From IMG/VR virus record IMGVR_UViG_3300025821_000003: DNA of 31,926 nucleotides; one strand, given 5' to 3'. Shown here one piece after another: positions 1 to 6,364 of the stretch. The stretch comes from a virus. Each line of letters begins with the position of its first letter. The first letter of the stretch is position 1. The notes under the pieces were generated by a model. The model did no database searches. It saw only the letters and a list, made by a program, of their open reading frames with translations, and had not been told where the DNA came from. Both the position numbers and the translations under genes were made by a program.

Positions 1-45
1 TCGCAGTTGTGGTAAACAATATATGAAAGAAACTACAGTCATTGT
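1..45. repeat. terminal direct repeat, copy 1 (identical to 31882..31926); circular closure or terminal redundancy
   Basis: tcgcagttgtggtaaacaatatatgaaagaaactacagtcattgt is present at both window ends; coding frames continue across the junction. Confidence 0.9.
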
Positions 46-103
46 ATGCTTTGCATTGGTATTAGTATGGAGTTATTGCTATGCAATCCTTACTTACGCG
101 TAA
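23..103 (+). CDS. 26-aa hydrophobic mini-protein (MKETTVIVCFALVLVWSYCYAILTYA), lysis-cassette associated
   Basis: ATG overlaps the TGA of ORF 31740..31907 (ATGA) once the genome is circularised; single TM-like segment; below the ORF-track length cutoff. Confidence 0.3.
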   Translation: MKETTVIVCFALVLVWSYCYAILTYA

Positions 104-188
104 GATTTTTTTAGCAATAATTACACTATTAGCAGTGCTGCCTATCAGCCCTGTCATTGCTTGTATATTATATGGATGGTTTATATGA
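81..188 (+). CDS. 35-aa membrane mini-protein (MQSLLTRKIFLAIITLLAVLPISPVIACILYGWFI)
   Basis: TGGAG 8 nt upstream of the ATG; its TGA overlaps the ATG at 185 (ATGA) of the holin gene; hydrophobic. Confidence 0.4.
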   Translation: MQSLLTRKIFLAIITLLAVLPISPVIACILYGWFI

Positions 189-577
189 TTAATGTATTAC
201 TTCCCCTAATCTCAACGGTTATTGATCGAGTTGTCCCAGATAAGAATGGCGCTAACAAAGCAAAGCAAGCCATAGAGGCCGAGCTAATTGCCAATGCTAC
301 ACAACTGAACCTAGCACAAGCAGAAACAAACAAGATAGAAGCAGCCCATCGTAGTATATGGGTAGCAGGATGGAGACCAGCTTTAGGTTGGGTGTCTGCA
401 TTAAGCTTTGCTTGGATATTTTTACTTGCACCTATCACACAATGGGTGCTGCTACTCACTGGCAACACAGTGGTATTACCTGTATTACAATCCGACATTC
501 TATTAGAACTTACCTTTGCTTTACTGGGACTTGCTGGACTGCGAACTTATGAGAAACAAAAAGGTCTAAGTAAGTAA
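185..577 (+). CDS. holin, 3-TM (GTA-holin_3TM-like) family
   Basis: AAHRSIWVAGWRPALGWV motif and C-terminal TM segments typical of the 3TM holin family; lies directly upstream of the endolysin with a TAATG overlap. ATG 185 is preferred over TTG 161 because of ATGA coupling. Confidence 0.75.
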   Translation: MINVLLPLISTVIDRVVPDKNGANKAKQAIEAELIANATQLNLAQAETNKIEAAHRSIWVAGWRPALGWVSALSFAWIFLLAPITQWVLLLTGNTVVLPVLQSDILLELTFALLGLAGLRTYEKQKGLSK

Positions 578-1017
578 TGACCAGACTCACTCCACACTTT
601 ACTTTAGAAGAACTCACCTTCAGTAACACAGCAACCAGACTAGACATAGATAATACACCGAACGATGTACAGAAATTCAACCTTGTGACATTAGCGGAGG
701 GGCTGGAACTTGTTAGGACTAAGCTTGATGGACATGCTATTCGTGTATCTAGTGGTTTTAGGTCTATGGACCTTAACCGCGCTTTGCGTTCTAAGGATAC
801 CTCGTACCATACATACGGCCTTGCGGCAGATTTTACTTGTCCTGGCTTTGGCGATGTTCACGACATTATGCGGACTCTTGCTGGAAGTTCGATAGAGTTC
901 GACCAATTGATCCTTGAATTTGGAAGCTGGATTCATGTGGCATTTCCTAAAGGTACAGACAAGCCACGCAGACAGATGTTAGCTATCAGTAAAAGTGGTG
1001 TGCGCATCTACGAGTAG
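577..1017 (+). CDS. endolysin, peptidase M15 (L-alanyl-D-glutamate / D-Ala-D-Ala peptidase-like)
   Basis: SGFRS...NRA...SYHTYGLAADF...WIHV zinc-ligand layout (H-x-D...H) of the M15 family; follows the holin. Confidence 0.85.
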   Translation: MTRLTPHFTLEELTFSNTATRLDIDNTPNDVQKFNLVTLAEGLELVRTKLDGHAIRVSSGFRSMDLNRALRSKDTSYHTYGLAADFTCPGFGDVHDIMRTLAGSSIEFDQLILEFGSWIHVAFPKGTDKPRRQMLAISKSGVRIYE

Positions 1018-1073
1018 TTGCAACCTGCGGTATATATGATATCCTTATACTATCTAATACATGAGTAACAGTT

Positions 1074-1781
1074 ATGTCAAAGAATAGTAGAGTTTTAGTT
1101 ATATCCGATCTTCATATCCCTTACCACCATCAAGATGCATTCGACTTTCTCAAAGCACTCAAGAAGAAATACAAACCTGACTTAGTTATTAACATCGGTG
1201 ATGAACTCGATCAGCACGCTATCAGTATGCACGATAGTAACCCTGACCTACCATCAGCTGGTGATGAGCTGCGACTGTCTAGGCAATACATCTATGAGTT
1301 GGAAAAGGTTTTTCCTAGGATGATCCTAGTACATTCCAATCATTCGTCTCTCGTTTATCGCAGAGCGTTAAAGTATGGACTACCTAAAGACTACCTCAAG
1401 TCTTACAATGAATACCTTGGTGTTGGCCCGGGATGGGAATGGGTGGATGACATAACTCTTACCTTATCTGATGGTACACGCTGCTTCTTTACGCATGGCA
1501 TGAGTGCTGACGTACTAAAGTTATCTATGCAGATGGGTAAGCATTGTGTCCAGGGACATTATCATTCAAAATTTTCTATCGGTTATTTCAGCAATCCAGA
1601 TGCGCTGCATTGGGGTATGCAAGTTGGCTGTTTAACTTCTCAAAAATCTATGGCGTTCGACTACGCTAAGAACTTTAAAAATCGATTCATCATTGGTTGC
1701 GGCATGATTATAGATGGTCAGCCTAAACTTATGCCTATGGTATTAAAAGAGGATGGACGATGGACGAAGAAAATAGTATAA
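1074..1781 (+). CDS. calcineurin-like metallophosphoesterase
   Basis: ISDLHIPYHH (DxH), IGDELD (GDxxD), HSNH and further His motifs in the canonical order. Confidence 0.8.
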   Translation: MSKNSRVLVISDLHIPYHHQDAFDFLKALKKKYKPDLVINIGDELDQHAISMHDSNPDLPSAGDELRLSRQYIYELEKVFPRMILVHSNHSSLVYRRALKYGLPKDYLKSYNEYLGVGPGWEWVDDITLTLSDGTRCFFTHGMSADVLKLSMQMGKHCVQGHYHSKFSIGYFSNPDALHWGMQVGCLTSQKSMAFDYAKNFKNRFIIGCGMIIDGQPKLMPMVLKEDGRWTKKIV

Positions 1782-1984
1782 GCGAAGCGGATTCTAATCA
1801 GGCTGCTTTACTTGACAAATTAATTGGTAAAAAGATCTGGAATATTGAGCTGCTTGAAGATCCAGATGAAGATCAATCTGTTATCAGAATCTTTTTTAGT
1901 GACGATGAGGAAGATTATCTTATGATTCACTGCGAAGGTGCAGATTTATATCTCGTTGAACCAAAACCGAAGGCTCTGCACTAA
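1760..1984 (+). CDS. hypothetical acidic protein (74 aa)
   Basis: GAGGA SD 6-7 nt upstream; last gene of the rightward block. Confidence 0.5.
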   Translation: MDEENSISEADSNQAALLDKLIGKKIWNIELLEDPDEDQSVIRIFFSDDEEDYLMIHCEGADLYLVEPKPKALH

Positions 1985-2083
1985 AAACGACCTTGCATAA
2001 AGCCCGTGGTGAGGTTTTCTTATGGCACTTGAGGGGTTAGTATCAGATTATATTAAAGTATTGATGACGGGGCTGAGGACAGC

Positions 2084-2254
2084 TCAGAAGGGTGGTAACC
2101 CGTATAACTCATCAAACTCTTCATCAGTTAGTACAGGAATGTCCTCGACTTTGCATTCCGGGCGTACTTTAACGAATGCCTCCGCAGATTCTCTTGAAAA
2201 GAATGCACGAAGGCTATCGCCGTACTCATCTACTACTATAAACTTAGGTTCCAT
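2084..2254 (-). CDS. hypothetical protein (56 aa; MEPKFIVVDEYGDSLRAFFSRESAEAF...)
   Basis: Hand-translated ORF below the track cutoff; overlaps the end of 2236..2520; the + ORF 2022..2276 is its Ser-rich shadow. Confidence 0.4.
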   Translation of the reverse strand: MEPKFIVVDEYGDSLRAFFSRESAEAFVKVRPECKVEDIPVLTDEEFDELYGLPPF

Positions 2255-2520
2255 CCTTGCTTTGCTACCTTCCTAATCATTCTTTGATAATCCATTGTTA
2301 CACAGCTCAAACATAATTGCAACATCTCGTTATCTTCATCGCACAGCCACTGAGTTGCTTCTAATTTATTCGGACTGGTTGGCTTTAATTTAATGGCATC
2401 ATGTACTGCTTGTTTTAATATAGCTTGCAGCAACGGGACCATAGGAATATCAAATAGTGGATTGACTTCATTGTATAATTCTGCATCACTGGTATGGTCA
2501 TACTGGTATATCTGACTCAT
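2236..2520 (-). CDS. hypothetical protein (94 aa)
   Basis: AAGGTAG SD 9 nt upstream of the ATG; part of the leftward operon. Confidence 0.6.
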   Translation of the reverse strand: MSQIYQYDHTSDAELYNEVNPLFDIPMVPLLQAILKQAVHDAIKLKPTSPNKLEATQWLCDEDNEMLQLCLSCVTMDYQRMIRKVAKQGWNLSL

Positions 2521-2613
2521 GATTAATCTACCTTTTATTAATGATTTTAAGGATGCTCAAACGTACACTGTAGATCATAATAATATCTTGATTAACGAAC
2601 CAAGGAAACTATT

Positions 2614-2685
2614 ATGTGGACATCACCTAAAGCAACAGAAATGCGCTTCGGCTTTGAAGTTACAATGTACGTAATGAACAAGTAA
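2614..2685 (+). CDS. pqqA: PqqA-like peptide (PQQ precursor), 23 aa: MWTSPKATEMRFGFEVTMYVMNK
   Basis: AAGGAA SD 7 nt upstream. The length and the MW..P....R.G.EVT.Y pattern, with the E-x3-Y cross-link pair, match PqqA peptides as I recall them. Confidence 0.7.
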   Translation: MWTSPKATEMRFGFEVTMYVMNK

Positions 2686-2699
2686 TACATGTAATACAT
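2682..2699. repeat. perfect tandem 9-mer GTAATACAT x2 containing the palindrome TACATGTA
   Basis: Read directly; overlaps the pqqA-like stop codon. Confidence 0.8.
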
Positions 2700-2702
2700 A
2701 GT

Positions 2703-2731
2703 GGGGCTATTCGTTATGAACGCCTAGCCTC
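2703..2731. terminator. extended imperfect hairpin between the pqqA-like ORF and the erf-extension ORF (possible bidirectional terminator or processing site)
   Basis: GGGGCTA-tt-CGTT-atg-AACG-cc-TAGCCTC: 7 bp (one G.U) plus 4 bp stems; no clean U-tract. Confidence 0.35.
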
Positions 2732-2958
2732 ACCATTATCTCACCAAAGTTATACTTGACTTTCAGTGCTACCTCAGGACTCAATCCCTTAATAACAAAG
2801 TCGTTCACCTTGTGCAATGCTGTGATCTTTTCAACCTTAGCATCTGTCTCTAAACTACTGGCCTCAATCTTCTCGCCGATCTCTTTCAGCTTAGTAAAGA
2901 ATGCATCTTTGTCTTTACAAACTATTGGATCTTTGCCTGGAAGACTGAGGCTTATGCC
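2707..2958 (-). CDS. 83-codon open frame without a usable start codon, in the -1 frame relative to erf; candidate Erf C-terminal domain
   Basis: Hand translation: GISLSLPGKDPIVCKDKDAFFTKLKEIGEKIEASSLETDAKVEKITALHKVNDFVIKGLSPEVALKVKYNFGEIMVRLGVHNE*. A TAA lies just upstream in the same frame, and there is no ATG/GTG/TTG in the first 45 codons. Confidence 0.5.
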   Translation of the reverse strand, partial: GISLSLPGKDPIVCKDKDAFFTKLKEIGEKIEASSLETDAKVEKITALHKVNDFVIKGLSPEVALKVKYNFGEIMVRLGVHNE

Positions 2959-3353
2959 TTTTTTGGCTGCTCTGCCTTAACCGCAGCGTTGCCATCGTCA
3001 TCTTCTGGTGCGATGCCTGCTGTTGTCATTAAAGAGTAACGTCTGGCATAGGTCAATGCTGAGCCATATCCTTGCGCGTCATGCTTATTTGCAGGCACGT
3101 ACAGAATACCACCACTCATAGTTTCACCTGATTCATGCAACAGGATAGTTTCAATCTTGATTCCTGTGTCACAGTCGTGTGTCTTTTGAATCATAGATAA
3201 GCCATTGGTATGTAGTGCGTCAATGACTGCTTCGATACACCCATCTAAAGCAACGTACTTGCTTCTGAAGTGTGGGTTAGTTGATGTCTTCAATGCCGGG
3301 GCAAAGGCTTTTTGCGCCGCCAAGAATGCTTTTGCTATGGTATTAGTTTCCAT
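2952..3353 (-). CDS. erf: ERF-family single-strand annealing protein (short form, 133 aa)
   Basis: NPHFRSKYVALD...YGSALTYARRYSL motifs typical of the ERF superfamily; adjacent to the exonuclease. Confidence 0.8.
   Translation of the reverse strand: METNTIAKAFLAAQKAFAPALKTSTNPHFRSKYVALDGCIEAVIDALHTNGLSMIQKTHDCDTGIKIETILLHESGETMSGGILYVPANKHDAQGYGSALTYARRYSLMTTAGIAPEDDDGNAAVKAEQPKKA
2958..2964 (-). promoter_or_regulatory. A AAA AAG -1 ribosomal slippery heptamer in correct phase at the erf 3' end
   Basis: The minus strand reads CCA AAA AAG GCA TAA, so the heptamer is phased X XXY YYZ exactly as in E. coli dnaX. Confidence 0.5.
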
Positions 3354-3362
3354 ATAGATTCC

Positions 3363-4379
3363 TTATAGTGGTTTAATTTTAAGTTTACTTACTCGGATTG
3401 TACGTGCAGGCTTCGCAGGCACAATCTTCTCGGGTGTTGCCTTGTAGTTCAACTCACCCCATGTCACACGATATGGCCCGGCAATCAAATGTTTATGATC
3501 TCGCATTTCAGCCATAATCTTAGCTTGAGTTGATTCAATCTTCTCTTTCGTTTCGTCAATCAGTTTGTACATTAAGTCAATACTACCGACATCAGACGCC
3601 AAAGAATCATCTAATAGTGTTTCATCACTAGCCTGGTCATAAATGCTGGTAGCATCTGAAACCTTAGTAAATTCATACCATTCAGTCTCTTCGTTGTTAC
3701 GATACTTTTGCACTCTTCGGTCAAAGTCAATAGCACAATCCTTGATCTCTTGAATTAATGCCTCATTCCTTTTGAATACAAACATCCGTAATGTGATACC
3801 ACGATACAGGACACAGACTATACCCCAATTTACTGGCACGCCTGTCTCACTTTGTACTACATCCATCTGCGCTTGCAGTTGTATGCGCCCGCGATAGTCA
3901 GGCAGTTCTATTTCTTTCTCTTGAGATGTCAATTTAGCTTCGATAATGCCTAATCCTTCAAGCACAATCTCATCGTCATCTACAACAAAGATACCTTTTT
4001 CTGGGTCAACTGTGATAATTTGACCACTGGCTTCAGCTGTCGCGTCCAAGGATACACCTAATGGCACATCTTTGTGATAAAACGCTTTGCCAAAGTTAGT
4101 CACTGTGTTTTTCAGCCCAAGCCTCTGGACAGCCTCTTCAATGATAGGTACTTCAAACTGCGTCCCCCAATGCAATGCTTCAAAGTTCAATGGCTCACGC
4201 TCAAGACCTTTTACGGCATTGAAGGCATGCTTTAATGGATCGTTGGGAGTTTGGTAGGGGTTCCTACCCATTGCAGCAGCTACTTGCGAGCCACTCAGTA
4301 TGTCATCGCGCGTAAGCTTACCCTCGGCGATGTTTGGGGTCTGTTGCCCCTGGACAGTTGCGTTTTTTTTGTCATTCAT
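3363..4379 (-). CDS. YqaJ-type (lambda-Exo-like, PD-(D/E)XK) recombination exonuclease with a C-terminal extension
   Basis: LSGSQVAAAMGRNPYQTP N-terminal YqaJ signature; SLDA...IIEAKLT D...E-x-K catalytic layout. Confidence 0.8.
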   Translation of the reverse strand: MNDKKNATVQGQQTPNIAEGKLTRDDILSGSQVAAAMGRNPYQTPNDPLKHAFNAVKGLEREPLNFEALHWGTQFEVPIIEEAVQRLGLKNTVTNFGKAFYHKDVPLGVSLDATAEASGQIITVDPEKGIFVVDDDEIVLEGLGIIEAKLTSQEKEIELPDYRGRIQLQAQMDVVQSETGVPVNWGIVCVLYRGITLRMFVFKRNEALIQEIKDCAIDFDRRVQKYRNNEETEWYEFTKVSDATSIYDQASDETLLDDSLASDVGSIDLMYKLIDETKEKIESTQAKIMAEMRDHKHLIAGPYRVTWGELNYKATPEKIVPAKPARTIRVSKLKIKPL

Positions 4380-4382
4380 AGT

Positions 4383-5072
4383 CTATTTCCTATTCAAAAG
4401 TGCGTAAATGGTGGATTTGGTAATCCGCTTATTTTGAGCAGACCGCATGCCTAATTCGTGCAACCTGTCCGCCATCTTCTCAAGGTGTGGCGTGTGTTTA
4501 TTGCCTCGCCTTAAGTATTGAGGGTCATCTAGTAGTTGGTTGATTAATGGCATGATCTTTTCGCGGTACTGCTTCGACTTGTTATGCGTTGCAATACCTC
4601 CCAGTTTACTAATGCGTTGTATCTGGTCGCGTGGTGCGCCTAGGATAACCCCGCGCGCCTTGGCTTGCTCGAGTGCGAGCTTGGTTCGTTGGCTTATCAT
4701 GTCGGCCTCATGTTCGGCAATCATGGCGTGCATGTGCCATTCGAGCTTCGTCATATGTTCATGACCCGCAACGATCAACGGCACGTTGTCCTTAAGTAGT
4801 CCGCTAATGAAATGCAGATCACGGGCGACCCTGTCAGTCTTAGCTAGTAATAACTTACAGTCAGGCGTCGACTTAACCAATGCCATAGCATCATGCAGTT
4901 GGGGGCGGTCTTCGATGGAAGTCTTGCGTCCACTTTCGTGGTCGATGAACTCAGCTACCAACTCGCCATCGTTCGCCTTAATATGCGCCATTACTGTGGC
5001 ACGTTGAGCGTCGATTCCATAGACTTGCTTGGTTTCGTTGGTGCTTATTCTTAGATAGGTGATATATTTCAT
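4383..5072 (-). CDS. small serine recombinase (resolvase/invertase family, 229 aa) with C-terminal HTH
   Basis: MKYITYLRISTNETKQ..GIDAQR catalytic Ser motif, DRVARD, C-terminal ITKSTIYALLNR helix. ATG 5072 is preferred because of an AAGGA SD and ATGA coupling; the longer track ORF adds an implausible Arg/His leader. Confidence 0.85.
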   Translation of the reverse strand: MKYITYLRISTNETKQVYGIDAQRATVMAHIKANDGELVAEFIDHESGRKTSIEDRPQLHDAMALVKSTPDCKLLLAKTDRVARDLHFISGLLKDNVPLIVAGHEHMTKLEWHMHAMIAEHEADMISQRTKLALEQAKARGVILGAPRDQIQRISKLGGIATHNKSKQYREKIMPLINQLLDDPQYLRRGNKHTPHLEKMADRLHELGMRSAQNKRITKSTIYALLNRK

Positions 5073-5227
5073 TGCTCGACATCCTTCCGCGCGCCTATGT
5101 CGCTTGGTGCGCAGTTGATGACGATGGTTTGAACGTCTTGATCTACGTTGGCAGTGGTGCAAAGCTGTTGCCAGTCGTACAGGTCTTTGAACGTGCTACG
5201 TTCTAACACGATTTTAATGTTATCCAT
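5069..5227 (-). CDS. hypothetical 52-aa protein translationally coupled to the recombinase
   Basis: MDNIKIVLERSTFKDLYDWQQL...; preceded by a conserved initiation cassette; its TGA overlaps the recombinase ATG (ATGA). Confidence 0.45.
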   Translation of the reverse strand: MDNIKIVLERSTFKDLYDWQQLCTTANVDQDVQTIVINCAPSDIGARKDVEQ

Positions 5228-5230
5228 TTT

Positions 5231-5273
5231 TTAATTCCTATATGGTTGTTAAATTGTTGCAGACACCCTCTCG
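5231..5273 (-). repeat. 43-nt direct repeat, copy A (40/43 identical to 5875..5917), includes the RBS cassette
   Basis: ttaattcctatatggttgttaaattgttgcagacaccctctcg versus ttaattcctatatggttattaaagtgttgcagacaccctcgcg. Confidence 0.85.
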
Positions 5274-5617
5274 AACGTGGGAGCGTCCACAAGCTCATAA
5301 GTTTTAATAAGGCGCTTCAAGTCCTTACCTTGGTTTATACACTTTGCAAGGCGTTGCGCGCTGTCGTGCGGTGATATTTCAATAAATGAAGTTACCTCTT
5401 GCGCTGTCAGTGCTTTTCCAGATGATGGCGCACCCTTTAAGCTGTCGTAATAATCTACAACAGTTTCGTCGTTGCGGTGTTCGTGGTTAAGCTCGAGCGT
5501 GAAGCTTGAAGGCTTGCCTTGATCGTCTACGCGTATAACAATGTCATAAGGTAGTAAGGCTTCGTTAACCTCGGGCGAGGCGTCCTCGAGTTGTAGTTGG
5601 ATAAATTGATCTTCCAT
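5249..5617 (-). CDS. hypothetical protein (122 aa)
   Basis: ATG 5617 is preceded by the TATATAAGGATTAAT cassette; the C-terminus (ERVSATI) is encoded inside repeat copy A. Confidence 0.6.
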   Translation of the reverse strand: MEDQFIQLQLEDASPEVNEALLPYDIVIRVDDQGKPSSFTLELNHEHRNDETVVDYYDSLKGAPSSGKALTAQEVTSFIEISPHDSAQRLAKCINQGKDLKRLIKTYELVDAPTFERVSATI

Positions 5618-5620
5618 GGT

Positions 5621-5645
5621 ATTAATCCTTATATAGTTATTAATA
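5621..5645 (-). repeat. conserved early-gene initiation cassette (TTAATAACTATATAAGGATTAAT on the - strand)
   Basis: One of five related elements placed 3-8 nt upstream of early-gene ATGs. Confidence 0.7.
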
Positions 5646-5667
5646 TGACTATCAAAATGATAATCCC

Positions 5668-5689
5668 CTAGCACCCCGTGAGGCGCTAG
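5668..5689 (-). other. intergenic RNA hairpin (8-bp stem, one G.U)
   Basis: Minus strand CTAGCGCC-tcacgg-GGTGCTAG, between ORFs 5699..5869 and 5249..5617. Confidence 0.4.
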
Positions 5690-5698
5690 AAGGTATCA

Positions 5699-5869
5699 CT
5701 AATCCTTTGTTATTAGCTTGTATTCGTTTTCGTTTATAAAATGAAATAAGCGCGGTCTGTTATTAGAAAACGTATCCTCCAAATAAAGCGCCATTAAGTC
5801 TTTTTTTGACCATTTTCTATTAAGCTTTTTAGTTAAAATATCGAATAACTTTTCTTTGTTTATATTCAT
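5699..5869 (-). CDS. hypothetical protein (56 aa; MNINKEKLFDILTKKLNRKW...)
   Basis: Hand-translated; preceded by repeat copy C, which carries a TAGGAA SD. Confidence 0.45.
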   Translation of the reverse strand: MNINKEKLFDILTKKLNRKWSKKDLMALYLEDTFSNNRPRLFHFINENEYKLITKD

Positions 5870-5874
5870 TTTGA

Positions 5875-5917
5875 TTAATTCCTATATGGTTATTAAAGTG
5901 TTGCAGACACCCTCGCG
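5875..5917 (-). repeat. 43-nt direct repeat, copy C (pairs with 5231..5273)
   Basis: See copy A; here it is entirely intergenic. Confidence 0.85.
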
Positions 5918-5930
5918 GGCGTTTCGGGTA

Positions 5931-6362
5931 TTAAACCCTCGTCAGTGCAACTATGCGGTAATCCTCGCGGTTGTATTCGTCGGGTAAGTCTTCCGCCTCG
6001 TATGCTTCGCTAATGTCTGCAAAGAAATCCTCCAGTTCTTTCTCCGCTTGCTTGTAGGTCGGGAATGTTTGCGGCTCGCCGTCAGTATGCCAAGCATTAA
6101 CCCAACCATCGCAGATGGTGTCGGTTTCAACTATGTATTGCGTTGTCATCTTGGTTGCTTCCGCGTTGATAATGTCGATTGCTTCGTTGATTTGCGACCA
6201 TGTAACGCCGTATTCCTCTTGCATGTCTTCATAGTCTTCAAGCCATGTTGATTCGTGGGACAGTTCCCAAGCCTCGAACTTGTCCCTGTATGGCTCTTGC
6301 CATGTGTCGCAGTTCATCTCCGCGCATTTATACATATAATTGACTAATTGCTTGATGTTCAT
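5931..6362 (-). CDS. hypothetical, strongly acidic protein (143 aa)
   Basis: GGAGGTG SD in the end of the upstream gene; Asp/Glu-rich throughout. Confidence 0.6.
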   Translation of the reverse strand: MNIKQLVNYMYKCAEMNCDTWQEPYRDKFEAWELSHESTWLEDYEDMQEEYGVTWSQINEAIDIINAEATKMTTQYIVETDTICDGWVNAWHTDGEPQTFPTYKQAEKELEDFFADISEAYEAEDLPDEYNREDYRIVALTRV

Positions 6363-6364
6363 GT

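Noticed and set aside
23-103. The VIVC sequence in the 26-aa peptide as a lipobox, making it an o-spanin candidate
   Set aside because: Val at position -1 is atypical for a lipobox. The would-be mature peptide is an 18-residue hydrophobic segment, unlike periplasmic o-spanins.
161-184. TTG start at 161 for the holin
   Set aside because: ATG 185 forms an ATGA overlap with the upstream mini-ORF and gives the usual short cytoplasmic N-terminus. The extension lies within the upstream ORF.
2022-2276. Track ORF on the + strand (84 aa, Ser-rich)
   Set aside because: It overlaps minus-strand ORFs 2084..2254 and 2236..2520. Its composition is low-complexity. It would also read into the convergent terminator region.
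2756-2980. Track ORF on the + strand (74 aa, TTG start, Ser/Leu-rich)
   Set aside because: It is the antisense shadow of the protein-like minus-strand frame 2707..2958. Its composition is typical of a complement of Lys/Glu-rich coding sequence, and it has no RBS.
5073-5162. N-terminal 30-aa extension of the recombinase ORF (MHHCQRRSRRSNHRHQLRTKRHRRAEGCRA)
   Set aside because: It uses a non-ATG start and has an implausible Arg/His composition. The same DNA encodes the coupled 52-aa ORF in another frame. The family-typical N-terminus MKYITYLRIST starts at 5072 and has its own SD.
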